Shown: one piece after another, positions 41,956-52,110 of the stretch
Layout: every line of letters begins with the position of its first letter
Position numbering within the stretch: position 1 is the first letter of the stretch
Origin: Myxococcota bacterium
Lineage (GTDB): Bacteria; Myxococcota_A; UBA796; SXON01
Reading direction: 5' to 3'
Length of the DNA stretch: 64,000 nucleotides
Assembly (NCBI GenBank): GCA_040386535.1
Contig: JAZKFH010000042.1
Span: forward strand, 64,001 to 128,000
Made by a program: the position numbers and the translations under genes
Notes under the pieces: generated by a model
Database searches by the model: none
Told to the model about the DNA's origin: nothing
Seen by the model: the letters and a program-made list of their open reading frames with translations, nothing else

Positions 41956-43395
41956 GTGGGCACGGCACACACGCACGGACGTTCCAGCTCCACAGCTGCC
42001 CCTGCCAAAGCTGCCCCCGCGATCAGGGCCGACGCCCGCGACAAGGCGCCCGTGAGCAATGCCGCCCGCCAGGAGCAGCTCCGGGGCGCCCAGATCGACA
42101 CACCCTCCCGACCGCGGGCCGGGGGCGCCGCCGTGGGCGCCTCCTACGAGCGGCTTTTTGGCGAGGAGGAGAAGGAAGAAGGGCCCTCGACGGTGCCCCG
42201 CGGCGGCGGCAGCTGGACCGTCGGCCCGGGCGACTCGCTCTGGACCATCGCCAAGGCCACCTACGGCGACGGCAGGTTCTGGGAGGCCATCCGCGACGCC
42301 AACCCCGGCAAGGTGTTCCGCGGCGGGCATCTCATCCACGACGGGAAGGTGCTCTCCCTCCCCACGCTCCAGGTGCCCACCCTGCGGGCGATGGAGGCCA
42401 CGCGCGGCGATCCGGCGGCGTTGCGCGACCTCGCGGTCGCCATGTCCGACGAGGACTACGGCGCCTTCCTCGCGAAACTCTCTGCCGACGAACGCCTCGC
42501 CAAGGGGGAGCTCCTCGGCCTCGTCGAGCTCATGCGCTCCACCGGCAAGACCCCCGAGGAGCTCGGCGCCGATCAGCGCGCCTTCCTCGAGGCCGAGGCG
42601 GCCAAGACGGGGAAGACCGCGGGCGAGCTCGTCTTCGACCGGGTGGACACCCAGGGATACGGCGGCGGCAGCTCCGCGGGGTGGGACAACCTGCCGCTCA
42701 CCACCCGACGCGCGTGGGACCAGCGCTTCAAGGCGGTGGTGAAGAGGCTCCACAGCGAGCCGCCGGAGGATGTGCGCGCCATCATCACCATGGCCGAGGG
42801 GCGCGGCGGCGGCTTCCGCTGGAACCCCGCGGACACCGAGCGGAACGGCGCGTTCGCCTACACCGCCGGCGACTGGGCGCTCCATTGCGGCACGCGCTTC
42901 GTCGAGGCCGCCGAGCGGGACCTCGCGAGCGTGTACGCAAACGTGGCGCACGAGATGGGCGGTCACAACGCCTACGGCGAGGAGCTCGGCGGCCAGATCA
43001 TCGACGAGGCCATCGCTGGCATGGGCGAGGCCGACCAGGCAAAGGCACAATCGAGCAAGAACCCTGTCTTCACCGCCTATGGCTACATGGAGACGGAGAT
43101 TTTCGCCGAGCTGTACGAGGCCAGCTACGACCGCCCCGACAACCCCACCGATCGCCCGTTCGACACCAACGTGCGCTCCAACGGCACCAAGGCCGATCCC
43201 GACGTGAACAACCAGCTCTTGCGCATCCAGAGCGCGTTCGCGCCCGATGTCGCCAAGGGTGTCGTCCGCAGCCTCGCCCTGCGCGTGCAGCTCGACACGT
43301 TCATCCACCTGGACATCAAGTCGAAGTTCCGCGCACAGGTCGCCGCGGTGTTCGGGGATATCCTACCCAGATGGTCCGCTCCCTCCTCGCCCTGA
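41956..43395 (+). CDS. LysM-domain protein with putative zinc-metallopeptidase-like C-terminus
   Basis: LysM WTVGPGDSLWTIAKATYGDG.FW.AI..AN. AHEMGGH plus a downstream ETEIFAE. No signal peptide. Confidence 0.75.
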   Translation: MGTAHTHGRSSSTAAPAKAAPAIRADARDKAPVSNAARQEQLRGAQIDTPSRPRAGGAAVGASYERLFGEEEKEEGPSTVPRGGGSWTVGPGDSLWTIAKATYGDGRFWEAIRDANPGKVFRGGHLIHDGKVLSLPTLQVPTLRAMEATRGDPAALRDLAVAMSDEDYGAFLAKLSADERLAKGELLGLVELMRSTGKTPEELGADQRAFLEAEAAKTGKTAGELVFDRVDTQGYGGGSSAGWDNLPLTTRRAWDQRFKAVVKRLHSEPPEDVRAIITMAEGRGGGFRWNPADTERNGAFAYTAGDWALHCGTRFVEAAERDLASVYANVAHEMGGHNAYGEELGGQIIDEAIAGMGEADQAKAQSSKNPVFTAYGYMETEIFAELYEASYDRPDNPTDRPFDTNVRSNGTKADPDVNNQLLRIQSAFAPDVAKGVVRSLALRVQLDTFIHLDIKSKFRAQVAAVFGDILPRWSAPSSP

Positions 43396-44009
43396 CCCTC
43401 CTGGCCGGCTGCCCGGCCGCGGCGGTGGACATCCCGGATCCCGGAGCCGTCGTGACCGACCCTACGCTCCAGCGCATGATCGGCGCGCTCGCCGACGAGC
43501 ACCGCGAGGGCTTCGGGCCCGCCATCGCCTGGCTGATCGCGCATCCCGAGCTCGCGCGGCCCGCCTTGCGCGCCGAGGTGCTCGCGCGTCCCGACCATCT
43601 CGCCACGAGCCGCGGCCTCGTCGCCCTCGCGCGGATCGGCGCGCTCGAGGACGTCGCCACGATGGCCGCCGTGCTCCACGCCGCGCAGACCGACTCGGGC
43701 GTCTGGGCCGCCGCCGCCGCGTTGGGCGATCATCCCCACGCGGAAGCCACGTTGTTGGCCGCCGCCGCGGACCCGTCCGACCCCATCGCGGGCGCGGCCG
43801 CGAGCGTGCTCGGCGAGCATCACGTCGAGGCGGCACGGCCGGTGTTGGAAGCCCTCCTCACGCGGGCCGACGCGGGCACACGGTACCGCGCTGTGCGGGC
43901 GATCGGCGCCCTCGGGGTAGGGGCGAGCCGCGCCGCCCTTGCCGCCGCGCGGAAGGCTGAGCGCGATCCCGATGTGTTGGCCGCGCTCGGTGAGCTCGGC
44001 ATCCGGTGA
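43371..44009 (+). CDS. HEAT-repeat lipoprotein
   Basis: MVRSLLALTLLAGC, HEAT-like AA.ALG repeats. Overlaps the upstream gene by 25 nt. Confidence 0.75.
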   Translation: MVRSLLALTLLAGCPAAAVDIPDPGAVVTDPTLQRMIGALADEHREGFGPAIAWLIAHPELARPALRAEVLARPDHLATSRGLVALARIGALEDVATMAAVLHAAQTDSGVWAAAAALGDHPHAEATLLAAAADPSDPIAGAAASVLGEHHVEAARPVLEALLTRADAGTRYRAVRAIGALGVGASRAALAAARKAERDPDVLAALGELGIR

Positions 44010-44088
44010 GGTTCGCCGCGCACCCAACCCTGTAAGGTCGCACCGGCCGCGTCGTTCCCGGCCACACCCGCTCGCCACGGAACCACCG

Positions 44089-47000
44089 ATGTCCCCTCGC
44101 CTCCTCCGCCTCGGCCTCTGCGCGCTCGTGCTCTCCTGCTGGCCCGGCGCCGAGGTGTCCGCCCGTCCCGTCGCCGGCCCGCGCCCCGGTCCTCCCGCGC
44201 TCGCCACCGCACGGGCCCCCGTCGCCGCCATCGAGTCCGCGCCCCTCACCTCGCCGATCTCCCTCTCCGATCCCGACGGGCAGGCCCTCACCTTGCGGTC
44301 CCTCTCCGCGAAGGTCGCTGTGGACGGGCCCCTCTCGCTCACCGAGCTCGAGCTCCGCTTCACCAACCCCACCGATCGCCGCATCGAGGGGCGCTTCGCG
44401 CTCACCCTCCCTGACGGCGCGACGATCAGCCGCTGGGCCAAGGAAGTGAACGGCCAGCTGGTCGAGGGAGAGGTGGTCGAGCGCGCCGCCGCGCACCGTG
44501 CCTACGACGCGATCCTCCACGAGATGCGCGATCCGGCGCTGCTGGAGCAGGGCGCGGGCAACCAGTTCTCGGCGAAGGTGTTCCCGATCGAGCCGCGCGC
44601 GGACGTGCGCATCGTGTTGTCGTACACGCGCCTGCTCCGCACCGATGACGGAGCCCGCGCCTACGTCCTCCCCCTGCGCGGACTCCCGCCGATCGGCGAC
44701 TTCGCGTTCCACGGCAGCTTCCGCGCGCTGCCCGGTGAGACGACCACCGACCTCCCGAAGGCCGAGCGCTCGGCGGACGGGACGCAATACCTCGACATCG
44801 TGCGCAAGAACTGGGCGCCCGACGCCGACGTGGCGGTGCGGTGGCAGAGCCAGTTCGCCGGGTCCACGCCGCCCCCCCGGGTCCTGCGGGCCGGCGACTA
44901 CTACGTCGCCACGTTCCGGCCCGAGGTGCCGTTGAACGCGGCGGCGATGCGTCGCTCGCTCCAGGGCCAGCGCGCCGACGGCTGGGCGCTCTACGTCGAC
45001 ACCTCCGCCTCCGCCGCCGACGGGGCGGCCCACCGCATCGCCGCAGTCGAGGCAATCCTCCGCGCGTCGGGGTCCTCGCCGGTAGAGGTGTACGGGTTCG
45101 ATCAGGATGTATCGCTGCTCGTCTCGGGCACCGCGGAGACGGTCGCCGGGCAGGTCGGGGCGGCGTTGCGGGCGCGCGGCTTCGCGGGGGGCACCGACTT
45201 GGAGAAGGCGCTGGCGCACGTCGCGAGGACCTCCGTGGACAGCCGCGTCGTCCTGGCGACCGACGGTGTCGCCACCTTCGGCGACACCAACCCCGCGCAC
45301 CTCGCCGCGGCGGTGCAGCTCCTCCCTCCCGACCTCGACCTGCACGCCCTGGTCCTCGGTGCGGAACAGGACGGAGCCGTGCTCGCGGCGCTCACGGAGG
45401 GTCGCGGCCGCGTGGTCGAAGTGCCCTTCACCGACGCGCTCGCCGCCGACGCCGCCACCGCCGCCGCGCGCCTCGCCCAGTCCCGCGGCATGAAGTTCAC
45501 CGTCGAGGATCCCGACGCCGCCTGGGTCCACACCCTCGGCGCCGGGGACGTGACCTCTGGTGGCGAGGTCATCGTCCTCGGCCGCACCCTCCCCGGCAAG
45601 GCCCCCGCCCCGCGCCTCCTCCGGCCCGGCGCCGCGCCCCTCGTGGCCACCGTCGTGACCAACGCCAGCGCCGTCGCCCCGTTGGTCGAGCGCGAGGCGG
45701 TCCGCGCGCACCTGGTCGACCTCGCCCGCCAGGAGGCCGAGGCCCCCTCCGACGAGGCCCGGGCGACGCTCGCCGCGGAGCAGGTGCGCCTCTCCGTCGC
45801 CCACCGCGTGTTGTGCCCGAAGACGACGATGCTCGTGCTCGAGAGCGAGGCCGACTACGCCCGCTTCGGCCTCGATCGCCGCGCGCTCGCGGACATCCTC
45901 ACCGTCGGGCCCGAGGGCATCACGATCGCCGCGCGGCCCACCGGGGCCTGGGGACAGGCCGAATCGTCCGCCAAGAAGAAGCCGGAGCACAGCTCGCGGG
46001 ACGAGCAGGCAGGCGCCGCGCCGGAGGCGGGCGAGGACCTGCTCGCCGACGCCGCGTCGGACAAGGGCGGTGCCAAGGAGGACGCCGCCGACGGGGCGCC
46101 GATGCCGGAGGCCCCAGCCTCCGAGGCCAACAAGTCGTCCGAAGCGCCACGCGAGCGCTCGGTCGAGGGGGCTGAAAGGGAGGAGGCACCGCTCGCGTCC
46201 ACCGCCCCAGCTCGGGTCGAGTTCAACGCGCCGGCTTCGGCGCCCCGGCGGCAGGCGCCCCAACGGCGCGACCGCGCGCCCGCGTCCGCGACCGAGTCCG
46301 ACGCGCGCGGGCCCGCCGACGCTGCCGAGTACATCGAGGATCCGCAGCCCTCCGGCCTGCCCGACTGGACCCGCGCGGTAGAGGTCCCCTCGACCACCCT
46401 CGCCACCCTCGAAGCGAACGTCGCCGCCAACCCCCGGGACCGCGAGGCCTACAACCAGCTCGCCAACGCGCTCCTGGCCACCGGCGACATGAAGCGCCTC
46501 TCGGCCGTGGTGTGGGCCTGGCAGCCCTACGACCCCGACAACCCGCACGTCTACGAGGTGATGGGGGAGGCCGCGCTGGCGCTCGGCGACACCGCCCTCG
46601 CGCGCCGCGCGTTCGGCTCGCTGGCCGAGCTGGCCGGGGGCAAGCCCGAGCTGCTCCAACGCGCCGGGCTGCTGTTGTGGCGCGCCGGTGACCCCGCGGC
46701 GGCCGAGGTGCCCCTTCGCCGCGCGATCGAGCTCCGCCCCGACCGGGTGAACGCGCACCGCCACCTCGCGCTCGTGCTCCGCGCCTCGGGCCGCCACGAG
46801 GAGGCCGCCGTCGTGCTCGAGACCGCGCGCACGATCACCTTCCCCTCGTTCTACCAGGGCATCGCGCGGGTCCTCACCGAGGAGCTCGGCGCCACCTACC
46901 GCGACTGGATCGCCGCGGCGCCCGACCAGGCCGCGGCCGTTCGCGCGCGGGCCAAGGAGCACGGCGCCGACCCCGCGTATCGCGACGCCCTCCGCGTCAC

Positions 47001-47337
47001 CCTGGCCTGGGAGACCGACGGCAACGACGTCGACCTGCACGTGGTCGATCCGAGCGGCGAGGACTGCTACTACGGCCACCGGGACAACCGCAGCGGGCTG
47101 CAGCTCTACGACGACCTGACAGGCGGGCTCGGCCCCGAGGTCATCCGCGCGTCGAAGCTGCCGCCCGGCCGCTACCACATCGGCGTCAAGTACTTCAGCG
47201 CGGGCCCGATGGGCGTGAGCCGCGGCCTCGTGGTGGTCGAGGTGCCGGGAAAGGCCCCCCGTGTCGAGCCGTTTCGCCTCGTCGAGGGCGGTGGCGACAT
47301 CCGGCTGGTCACGACGGTCGAGCTGCCGGCGCGGTAG
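44089..47337 (+). CDS. VIT-vWA-TPR protein with C-terminal YfaP/DUF2135-like domain
   Basis: VIT (TELELRF.N..EG.F..LP...RDPALLE), vWA (VDTSAS, GGTDL, TDG), LAWETDGNDVDLHVVDP..GLGPE. Confidence 0.8.
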   Translation: MSPRLLRLGLCALVLSCWPGAEVSARPVAGPRPGPPALATARAPVAAIESAPLTSPISLSDPDGQALTLRSLSAKVAVDGPLSLTELELRFTNPTDRRIEGRFALTLPDGATISRWAKEVNGQLVEGEVVERAAAHRAYDAILHEMRDPALLEQGAGNQFSAKVFPIEPRADVRIVLSYTRLLRTDDGARAYVLPLRGLPPIGDFAFHGSFRALPGETTTDLPKAERSADGTQYLDIVRKNWAPDADVAVRWQSQFAGSTPPPRVLRAGDYYVATFRPEVPLNAAAMRRSLQGQRADGWALYVDTSASAADGAAHRIAAVEAILRASGSSPVEVYGFDQDVSLLVSGTAETVAGQVGAALRARGFAGGTDLEKALAHVARTSVDSRVVLATDGVATFGDTNPAHLAAAVQLLPPDLDLHALVLGAEQDGAVLAALTEGRGRVVEVPFTDALAADAATAAARLAQSRGMKFTVEDPDAAWVHTLGAGDVTSGGEVIVLGRTLPGKAPAPRLLRPGAAPLVATVVTNASAVAPLVEREAVRAHLVDLARQEAEAPSDEARATLAAEQVRLSVAHRVLCPKTTMLVLESEADYARFGLDRRALADILTVGPEGITIAARPTGAWGQAESSAKKKPEHSSRDEQAGAAPEAGEDLLADAASDKGGAKEDAADGAPMPEAPASEANKSSEAPRERSVEGAEREEAPLASTAPARVEFNAPASAPRRQAPQRRDRAPASATESDARGPADAAEYIEDPQPSGLPDWTRAVEVPSTTLATLEANVAANPRDREAYNQLANALLATGDMKRLSAVVWAWQPYDPDNPHVYEVMGEAALALGDTALARRAFGSLAELAGGKPELLQRAGLLLWRAGDPAAAEVPLRRAIELRPDRVNAHRHLALVLRASGRHEEAAVVLETARTITFPSFYQGIARVLTEELGATYRDWIAAAPDQAAAVRARAKEHGADPAYRDALRVTLAWETDGNDVDLHVVDPSGEDCYYGHRDNRSGLQLYDDLTGGLGPEVIRASKLPPGRYHIGVKYFSAGPMGVSRGLVVVEVPGKAPRVEPFRLVEGGGDIRLVTTVELPAR

Positions 47338-47406
47338 ATGCCGCCGGGTATCCGCGGCCGTAATAGGAGGGATGGCGCGGTCCGCGCCGCACCACCCGGG
47401 TCCCCG

Positions 47407-48093
47407 ATGATCTTCCGCCAGCTCTTCGACCCCGCCTCCTCCACCTACACGTACCTGGTGGCCTGCCCCCGCTCGCACGAGGCCGCGCTGATCGACCCCG
47501 TGCTGGAGCACGCCGAGGCCTACCTGGCGCTGCTCGCCGAGCTGGGCCTCACCCTCCGGTACTCGCTGGAGACCCACGTGCACGCCGACCACGTGACCGC
47601 CGCCGCCACGCTGCGGGACCGTCTCGGGTGCCGCACCGGCGTACATCGCGACGGGGGCGCCGCGTGCGCCGACGTGCAGCTCACCGATGGCGACCTGCTG
47701 CCGCTGGGCGACCTTCGCATCGAGGTGCGCGCCACCCCGGGCCACACGGCCTCGTGTGTCGCCTACTACCTGGGAGACCGCGTGTTCACCGGAGACGCGC
47801 TGCTCATCGGCGGTTGCGGCCGCACCGACTTTCAGCAGGGAGACGCGTCGACCCTCTACGAGAGCGTCCACACGCGGCTCTTCTCGCTGCCACCCGACAC
47901 CCTGGTGTACCCGGCGCACGACTACAAGGGGCGTACGGTCTCGACCATCAAGGAAGAGCGCGCCACGAACCCGCGCCTGTCCCGCTCGCGGGTGGAATTC
48001 GTGGCGATCATGGAGCACCTCGGGCTGGCACCCCCCAAGCAGATCGACCGGGCCCTGCCGGCGAACCAGGCCTGCGGGCGGGAGCCGCGATGA
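47407..48093 (+). CDS. Persulfide dioxygenase (ETHE1-like MBL fold)
   Basis: MIFRQLFD..SSTYTY, THVHADH, TPGHT, GCGRTDFQ, YPAHDY, NPRL. Confidence 0.9.
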   Translation: MIFRQLFDPASSTYTYLVACPRSHEAALIDPVLEHAEAYLALLAELGLTLRYSLETHVHADHVTAAATLRDRLGCRTGVHRDGGAACADVQLTDGDLLPLGDLRIEVRATPGHTASCVAYYLGDRVFTGDALLIGGCGRTDFQQGDASTLYESVHTRLFSLPPDTLVYPAHDYKGRTVSTIKEERATNPRLSRSRVEFVAIMEHLGLAPPKQIDRALPANQACGREPR

Positions 48094-48995
48094 ACACCGT
48101 CACGCGCGGGCTGGTCGTGCCGGTGCTCGACTGGGTGCGCGGGCGCGGGTTCCGGTGCGAGCACGTGTTCGAGGGCGCGCCGTTCGACGAGGCATCCCTC
48201 CGCGCCGACGTGCGCCGCATCCCCTGGGCAGACTACGTCCGCTTCTACGAGCGGCTCGCCGACGAGGTAGGCGGGGCCGATGCCTTGTCCGAGCTGCTCG
48301 GCGGCATCAACACGCCGGCGGTGGACTGGATCCTGCGCGCCGCCGGCGGGCCGCGCCCGATGTATCAGTTGTGGACCCACCTGGGGCCCCTGCTGTGGGG
48401 CGTCCTCGACGTGCGGATCCAGGACCTCGCCGACGGCGCGCTCCAGGTCAGCTTCCGGGTCCCGGCGGACGCGGCCCCCGGCACCTGCTTCTTCCAGGCC
48501 ACGACCGGCGTCATCGCCGCGATGACCCGCCGGCTGGGGCAACCCACCGCACGCGTGCAGCTGGTCCACCTGGGCTCGCACGAGGCCGCCTGGACGGTCG
48601 AGCTCCCGGCGGGGCCGGTCAACCCGGTCGAGAGCGCGCCTGTCAGCTGGGCGCTCTTCGAGGAGATGAGCCGCCTGACCACGGAGCGGGGCGACACGCT
48701 GCGGGAGCTGGAGCGGGTGCGCGAGCAGGCCGTCTCCGCCGCGTCGGCGCCGTCCACCGTCCCGGAGCAGCGCATCCGGGAGGTCACCGCGGGGTGGGTC
48801 CTGACACGCGCGCAGGCCGAGGTGTTGAACGGGGTGGTGCGCGGCCTGTCCAACAAGGAGATCGCCAACGAGCTCGGCAAGGCCGAGGCCACGGTCGAGG
48901 TGCACGTGACCCGTATCCTCCGCAAGTCGGGGGCCTCTGGGCGCACGGGCCTGGTCAGCCGCTTCTGGACGTGGCCCCAGGTCCTCGCGTCGTAG
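48090..48995 (+). CDS. LuxR-family regulator with non-REC N-terminal sensor domain
   Basis: LT..QAEVL..V.RGLSNKEIA.EL.....TVEVHV HTH. ATGA overlap with the upstream gene. Confidence 0.85.
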   Translation: MNTVTRGLVVPVLDWVRGRGFRCEHVFEGAPFDEASLRADVRRIPWADYVRFYERLADEVGGADALSELLGGINTPAVDWILRAAGGPRPMYQLWTHLGPLLWGVLDVRIQDLADGALQVSFRVPADAAPGTCFFQATTGVIAAMTRRLGQPTARVQLVHLGSHEAAWTVELPAGPVNPVESAPVSWALFEEMSRLTTERGDTLRELERVREQAVSAASAPSTVPEQRIREVTAGWVLTRAQAEVLNGVVRGLSNKEIANELGKAEATVEVHVTRILRKSGASGRTGLVSRFWTWPQVLAS

Positions 48996-49003
48996 GCCCG
49001 CAC

Positions 49004-49639
49004 TCAGCCAGGCAGGGCCACGACCGCCGTGTCGGCGACCACGTACACCCGATCCCCGCGCGCCCGCCGCACCGCCACGCCGCCGGTGAATGTGCCGAAC
49101 GCGGGGAGCACGCCGACCTCGGGGCCCAGGTGAAAACAGGGGAGCCGCAAGGAGTCGCCCCGGCCGCGCACCCACGCCATCGGGTGCAGGTGCCCCGCCC
49201 ACGTGTAGGCGCCCGACACCGGCGCGGGCGCGTGTGTGAACGCGTAGCCGTCCTCGACGAGGACGCCGCGGTGGTCGGCGATGTCCCACGACGCCGGCAG
49301 CACGGGCACGTGGCGATCGTGGTTGCCCCGCACCAGCACCGTCGTCACCGTGCACCGCGTTCGCCACGCGGCGACCGCCTCGATCACCGAGGGCGCGAGC
49401 GCACCGTGGACGAGGTCACCCAGGACGAGCAGGCGCGTCGCGGCGGTCCGCTCCAGGGCACGCTCCAGCCGCGCGAGATCATCGGCGAGGTCACCCGTGG
49501 GAATCGGGATCCCGAACGACCGGAACGTCTCGGTCTTGCCCCAGTGCAGGTCGGCGACAAAGAGCGTGCTCGCCGCGGGCCAGTAGACGGCGCGCTCGGG
49601 CAGCAGCTCCACCTCGTGCGGACCTACGCGGACGGGCAC
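49004..49639 (-). CDS. pdeM: Ligase-associated DNA damage response endonuclease (metallophosphoesterase)
   Basis: ADLHWGK, LGDLVH, RGNHD, GHLHP, LPAFG.FTGG; operon context. Confidence 0.88.
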   Translation of the reverse strand: MPVRVGPHEVELLPERAVYWPAASTLFVADLHWGKTETFRSFGIPIPTGDLADDLARLERALERTAATRLLVLGDLVHGALAPSVIEAVAAWRTRCTVTTVLVRGNHDRHVPVLPASWDIADHRGVLVEDGYAFTHAPAPVSGAYTWAGHLHPMAWVRGRGDSLRLPCFHLGPEVGVLPAFGTFTGGVAVRRARGDRVYVVADTAVVALPG

Positions 49640-52110
49640 GGCGCCTCGAAGCTCGCCGTCATCTTCGCGATACGGTCCAGGAGGCTCTCCATCGACGCAG
49701 CATCCACCGCGAGCCGCTCGACCACAAGCGGGAACGCGAGAGGGCTCGGTCGGGATGTATCGATACATTCGAGGGGAGAGGCGCCCAATCGGCCGAGCAC
49801 CGAGAGGAGCCGATCACGCTCGAACTGCTGCTCCACCACCTCGCGGCGCGCCTGGAGGAGCAGCAGGTTGCCCGGGTCGTAGCGGGTGAACACGTCGTAG
49901 AGCAACGAGGCGCTCGACTGCACCTGGCGCATCGTGCGCCGCGCGTGGGCGGGGCCGGTCATCACGAGCCCGGCGACTCGGGCGATCTCGCGGAATCGGC
50001 GGCGCATCAGCTCGCTGATGTTCACGCTGGCGACGATGTCGTCGACCAGATCTTCGCGCGAGAACGCCGTGGCGTCGAGCAGGGTGGCGAAGGGATACGG
50101 GTCGGCGGTCAGGAGCTCGAGCCCGTGATCGTTCACGGCGATCGAGAACGTGGCCGGGACGCGCCGGCCCATACGGAGGGCCAACAGGGCGGCGAGCCCC
50201 TCGTGCACCCGGCGCCCCTCGAAGGGGTACAGGAACAGGTGGTGGCCCTCGCGGGTGGCGCACAGCTCGGCGAGCACCCGATCCGCCGCGGGCAGGCGGG
50301 AGATCGCGGCCTGGGCCTCGAACACGGGGCGCGCGGCCACCAGCTCCGGGGCGTCCACGCGGCCTCCGCGTACGTCGTCGAGGACCCGACGCACGGCGTG
50401 CCCGAGCGAGCCCGAGATCGGCAGCTTGTTGCCGGGCCAATGCGGCGTGTTGGTCGTGCGCTTCTTGACCGGCTTCGCCCAGGCGACGAGGTCCTTGATC
50501 CGCACCAGCTCCAGCGTGTGGCCGCCGAAAACGAAGCTCTCGCCGACGCGGAGCCGGGTGATGAACCCCTCGTCGATCGTCCCGATGTCGCCGCCACCGA
50601 CCTTGCGGACCTGCATCGTCGCGTCGCCGAGGATGGTGCCGACGTTGACGCGGTGCAGCTTGGCGATACCCTCGTCCGGGACCCGGTACCGCTCGCCCAC
50701 CATCACGACCCGGTGGTACTCCGGGTAGGCGCCGAGGGTGGCGCCGCCGTCCCGCACCAGCGCCAGGGCCCAGCCCAGCTCCTCGGCGGTGAGGTTCCGG
50801 TACGACCACGCCCCGCGCACCTCGTCGAGGATCCCCTCCTCGGTGAAGCCGCCGCCGAGCGCGCAGGTGACGAGGTGCTGCGAGAGCACGTCGAGCGGCT
50901 TCTGCAACGGCTGGCGCGGCTCCACCTCGCCGTGCGCCAGCGCGTCGCGCACCGCCGCGATCTCCACGAGCTCGAAGGTGTTCGTCGGTACGCACGTCAC
51001 CCGGCACGTGGCCCCCGGCCGATGTCCGGAGCGTCCCGCCCGCTGCGTGAGCCGCGCGATGCCCTTCGGTGAGCCGATCTGCACCACGCGCTCGATCGGG
51101 GTGAGATCGACCCCGAGATCGAGCGACGCGGTGCACACGACGAGCCGGAGCGCGCCGCTCTTGAGCCCGGCCTCCACCCGCTCCCGCTCCTCCCGATCCA
51201 CGGAGCCGTGATGCAGCCCCATGTGCTCGATCCATTCCGGGCGGCGCTCCAGGATCTCCTGGAACCAGCGCTCGGCCTGGGAGCGTGTGTTGGTGAACAC
51301 GAGCGTCGGCACCTCGGGATCCAGCGCCTCGACCAGCAGCGGCACCATCTGGATGCCGAGGTGGCCCGCCCACGGGAAGGCGTCGACGCGGGGCGGCAGG
51401 ATGGTGTCGATGACGACGGGTCGGGGGATGTCCGCGCGCACGACCGTGGCGGTGGCGTGCGTGCCGACCGCGGCCTGGGCGGCCTCCGCGGCATTGCCGA
51501 CCGTGGCGGTCAGGGCCCAGGTGCGCAGGCCCGGCGCGAACGTGCGCAGCCGGGCCAGGGCGAGCTCGATCTGGGTCCCGCGCTTGCTGTCGATCAGCTC
51601 GTGCCACTCGTCGACCACGACCGCGCGCAGGCCGGCGAAACGCTCTGCTGCGTCGCTCTCCGTCAGCAACATCGAGAGGGACTCCGGCGTGGTGACCAGC
51701 ACCTCCGGCAGCCGGACCTTCTGACGCACGCGGACGGAGCTCGATGTATCACCGGTGCGGCTCTCCACCCGGATGGCGAGCCCGAGCGCCTCGACCGGCG
51801 CCTTGAGCGCCGCCTCGATGTCACGCGCCATCGCGCGGAGCGGGCTGATGTAGAGCAGGCCGCCGCCGTCCGCCGCGATCTCCGCGAGGGGGCCGAGGTA
51901 GGCGGCGTAGGTCTTGCCGGCCCCCGTCGGCACCTGCACGATGCCGCTCTCACCGCGCAGGTAGGCCGCCCAGGCCTCCTCCTGGAAGGGCATCGGGATC
52001 CAGCCGCGCTCGGTGAACCAGCCGCGGAGGCGGTCGAGCGCCTGCTCGGGTGTCGACGGACGGGGAATCGAAGATGGCTTCGGCGCCGTCGCCGCCTTCG
52101 CGCGGGCCAC
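49624..52110 (-). CDS. Ligase-associated DEXH-box helicase (Lhr-core family)
   Basis: PTGAGKT, SPLRA, TTPESL, DEWH, HHGS, QRAGRSGH. Confidence 0.92.
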   Translation of the reverse strand: MARAKAATAPKPSSIPRPSTPEQALDRLRGWFTERGWIPMPFQEEAWAAYLRGESGIVQVPTGAGKTYAAYLGPLAEIAADGGGLLYISPLRAMARDIEAALKAPVEALGLAIRVESRTGDTSSSVRVRQKVRLPEVLVTTPESLSMLLTESDAAERFAGLRAVVVDEWHELIDSKRGTQIELALARLRTFAPGLRTWALTATVGNAAEAAQAAVGTHATATVVRADIPRPVVIDTILPPRVDAFPWAGHLGIQMVPLLVEALDPEVPTLVFTNTRSQAERWFQEILERRPEWIEHMGLHHGSVDREERERVEAGLKSGALRLVVCTASLDLGVDLTPIERVVQIGSPKGIARLTQRAGRSGHRPGATCRVTCVPTNTFELVEIAAVRDALAHGEVEPRQPLQKPLDVLSQHLVTCALGGGFTEEGILDEVRGAWSYRNLTAEELGWALALVRDGGATLGAYPEYHRVVMVGERYRVPDEGIAKLHRVNVGTILGDATMQVRKVGGGDIGTIDEGFITRLRVGESFVFGGHTLELVRIKDLVAWAKPVKKRTTNTPHWPGNKLPISGSLGHAVRRVLDDVRGGRVDAPELVAARPVFEAQAAISRLPAADRVLAELCATREGHHLFLYPFEGRRVHEGLAALLALRMGRRVPATFSIAVNDHGLELLTADPYPFATLLDATAFSREDLVDDIVASVNISELMRRRFREIARVAGLVMTGPAHARRTMRQVQSSASLLYDVFTRYDPGNLLLLQARREVVEQQFERDRLLSVLGRLGASPLECIDTSRPSPLAFPLVVERLAVDAASMESLLDRIAKMTASFEAPCPSA

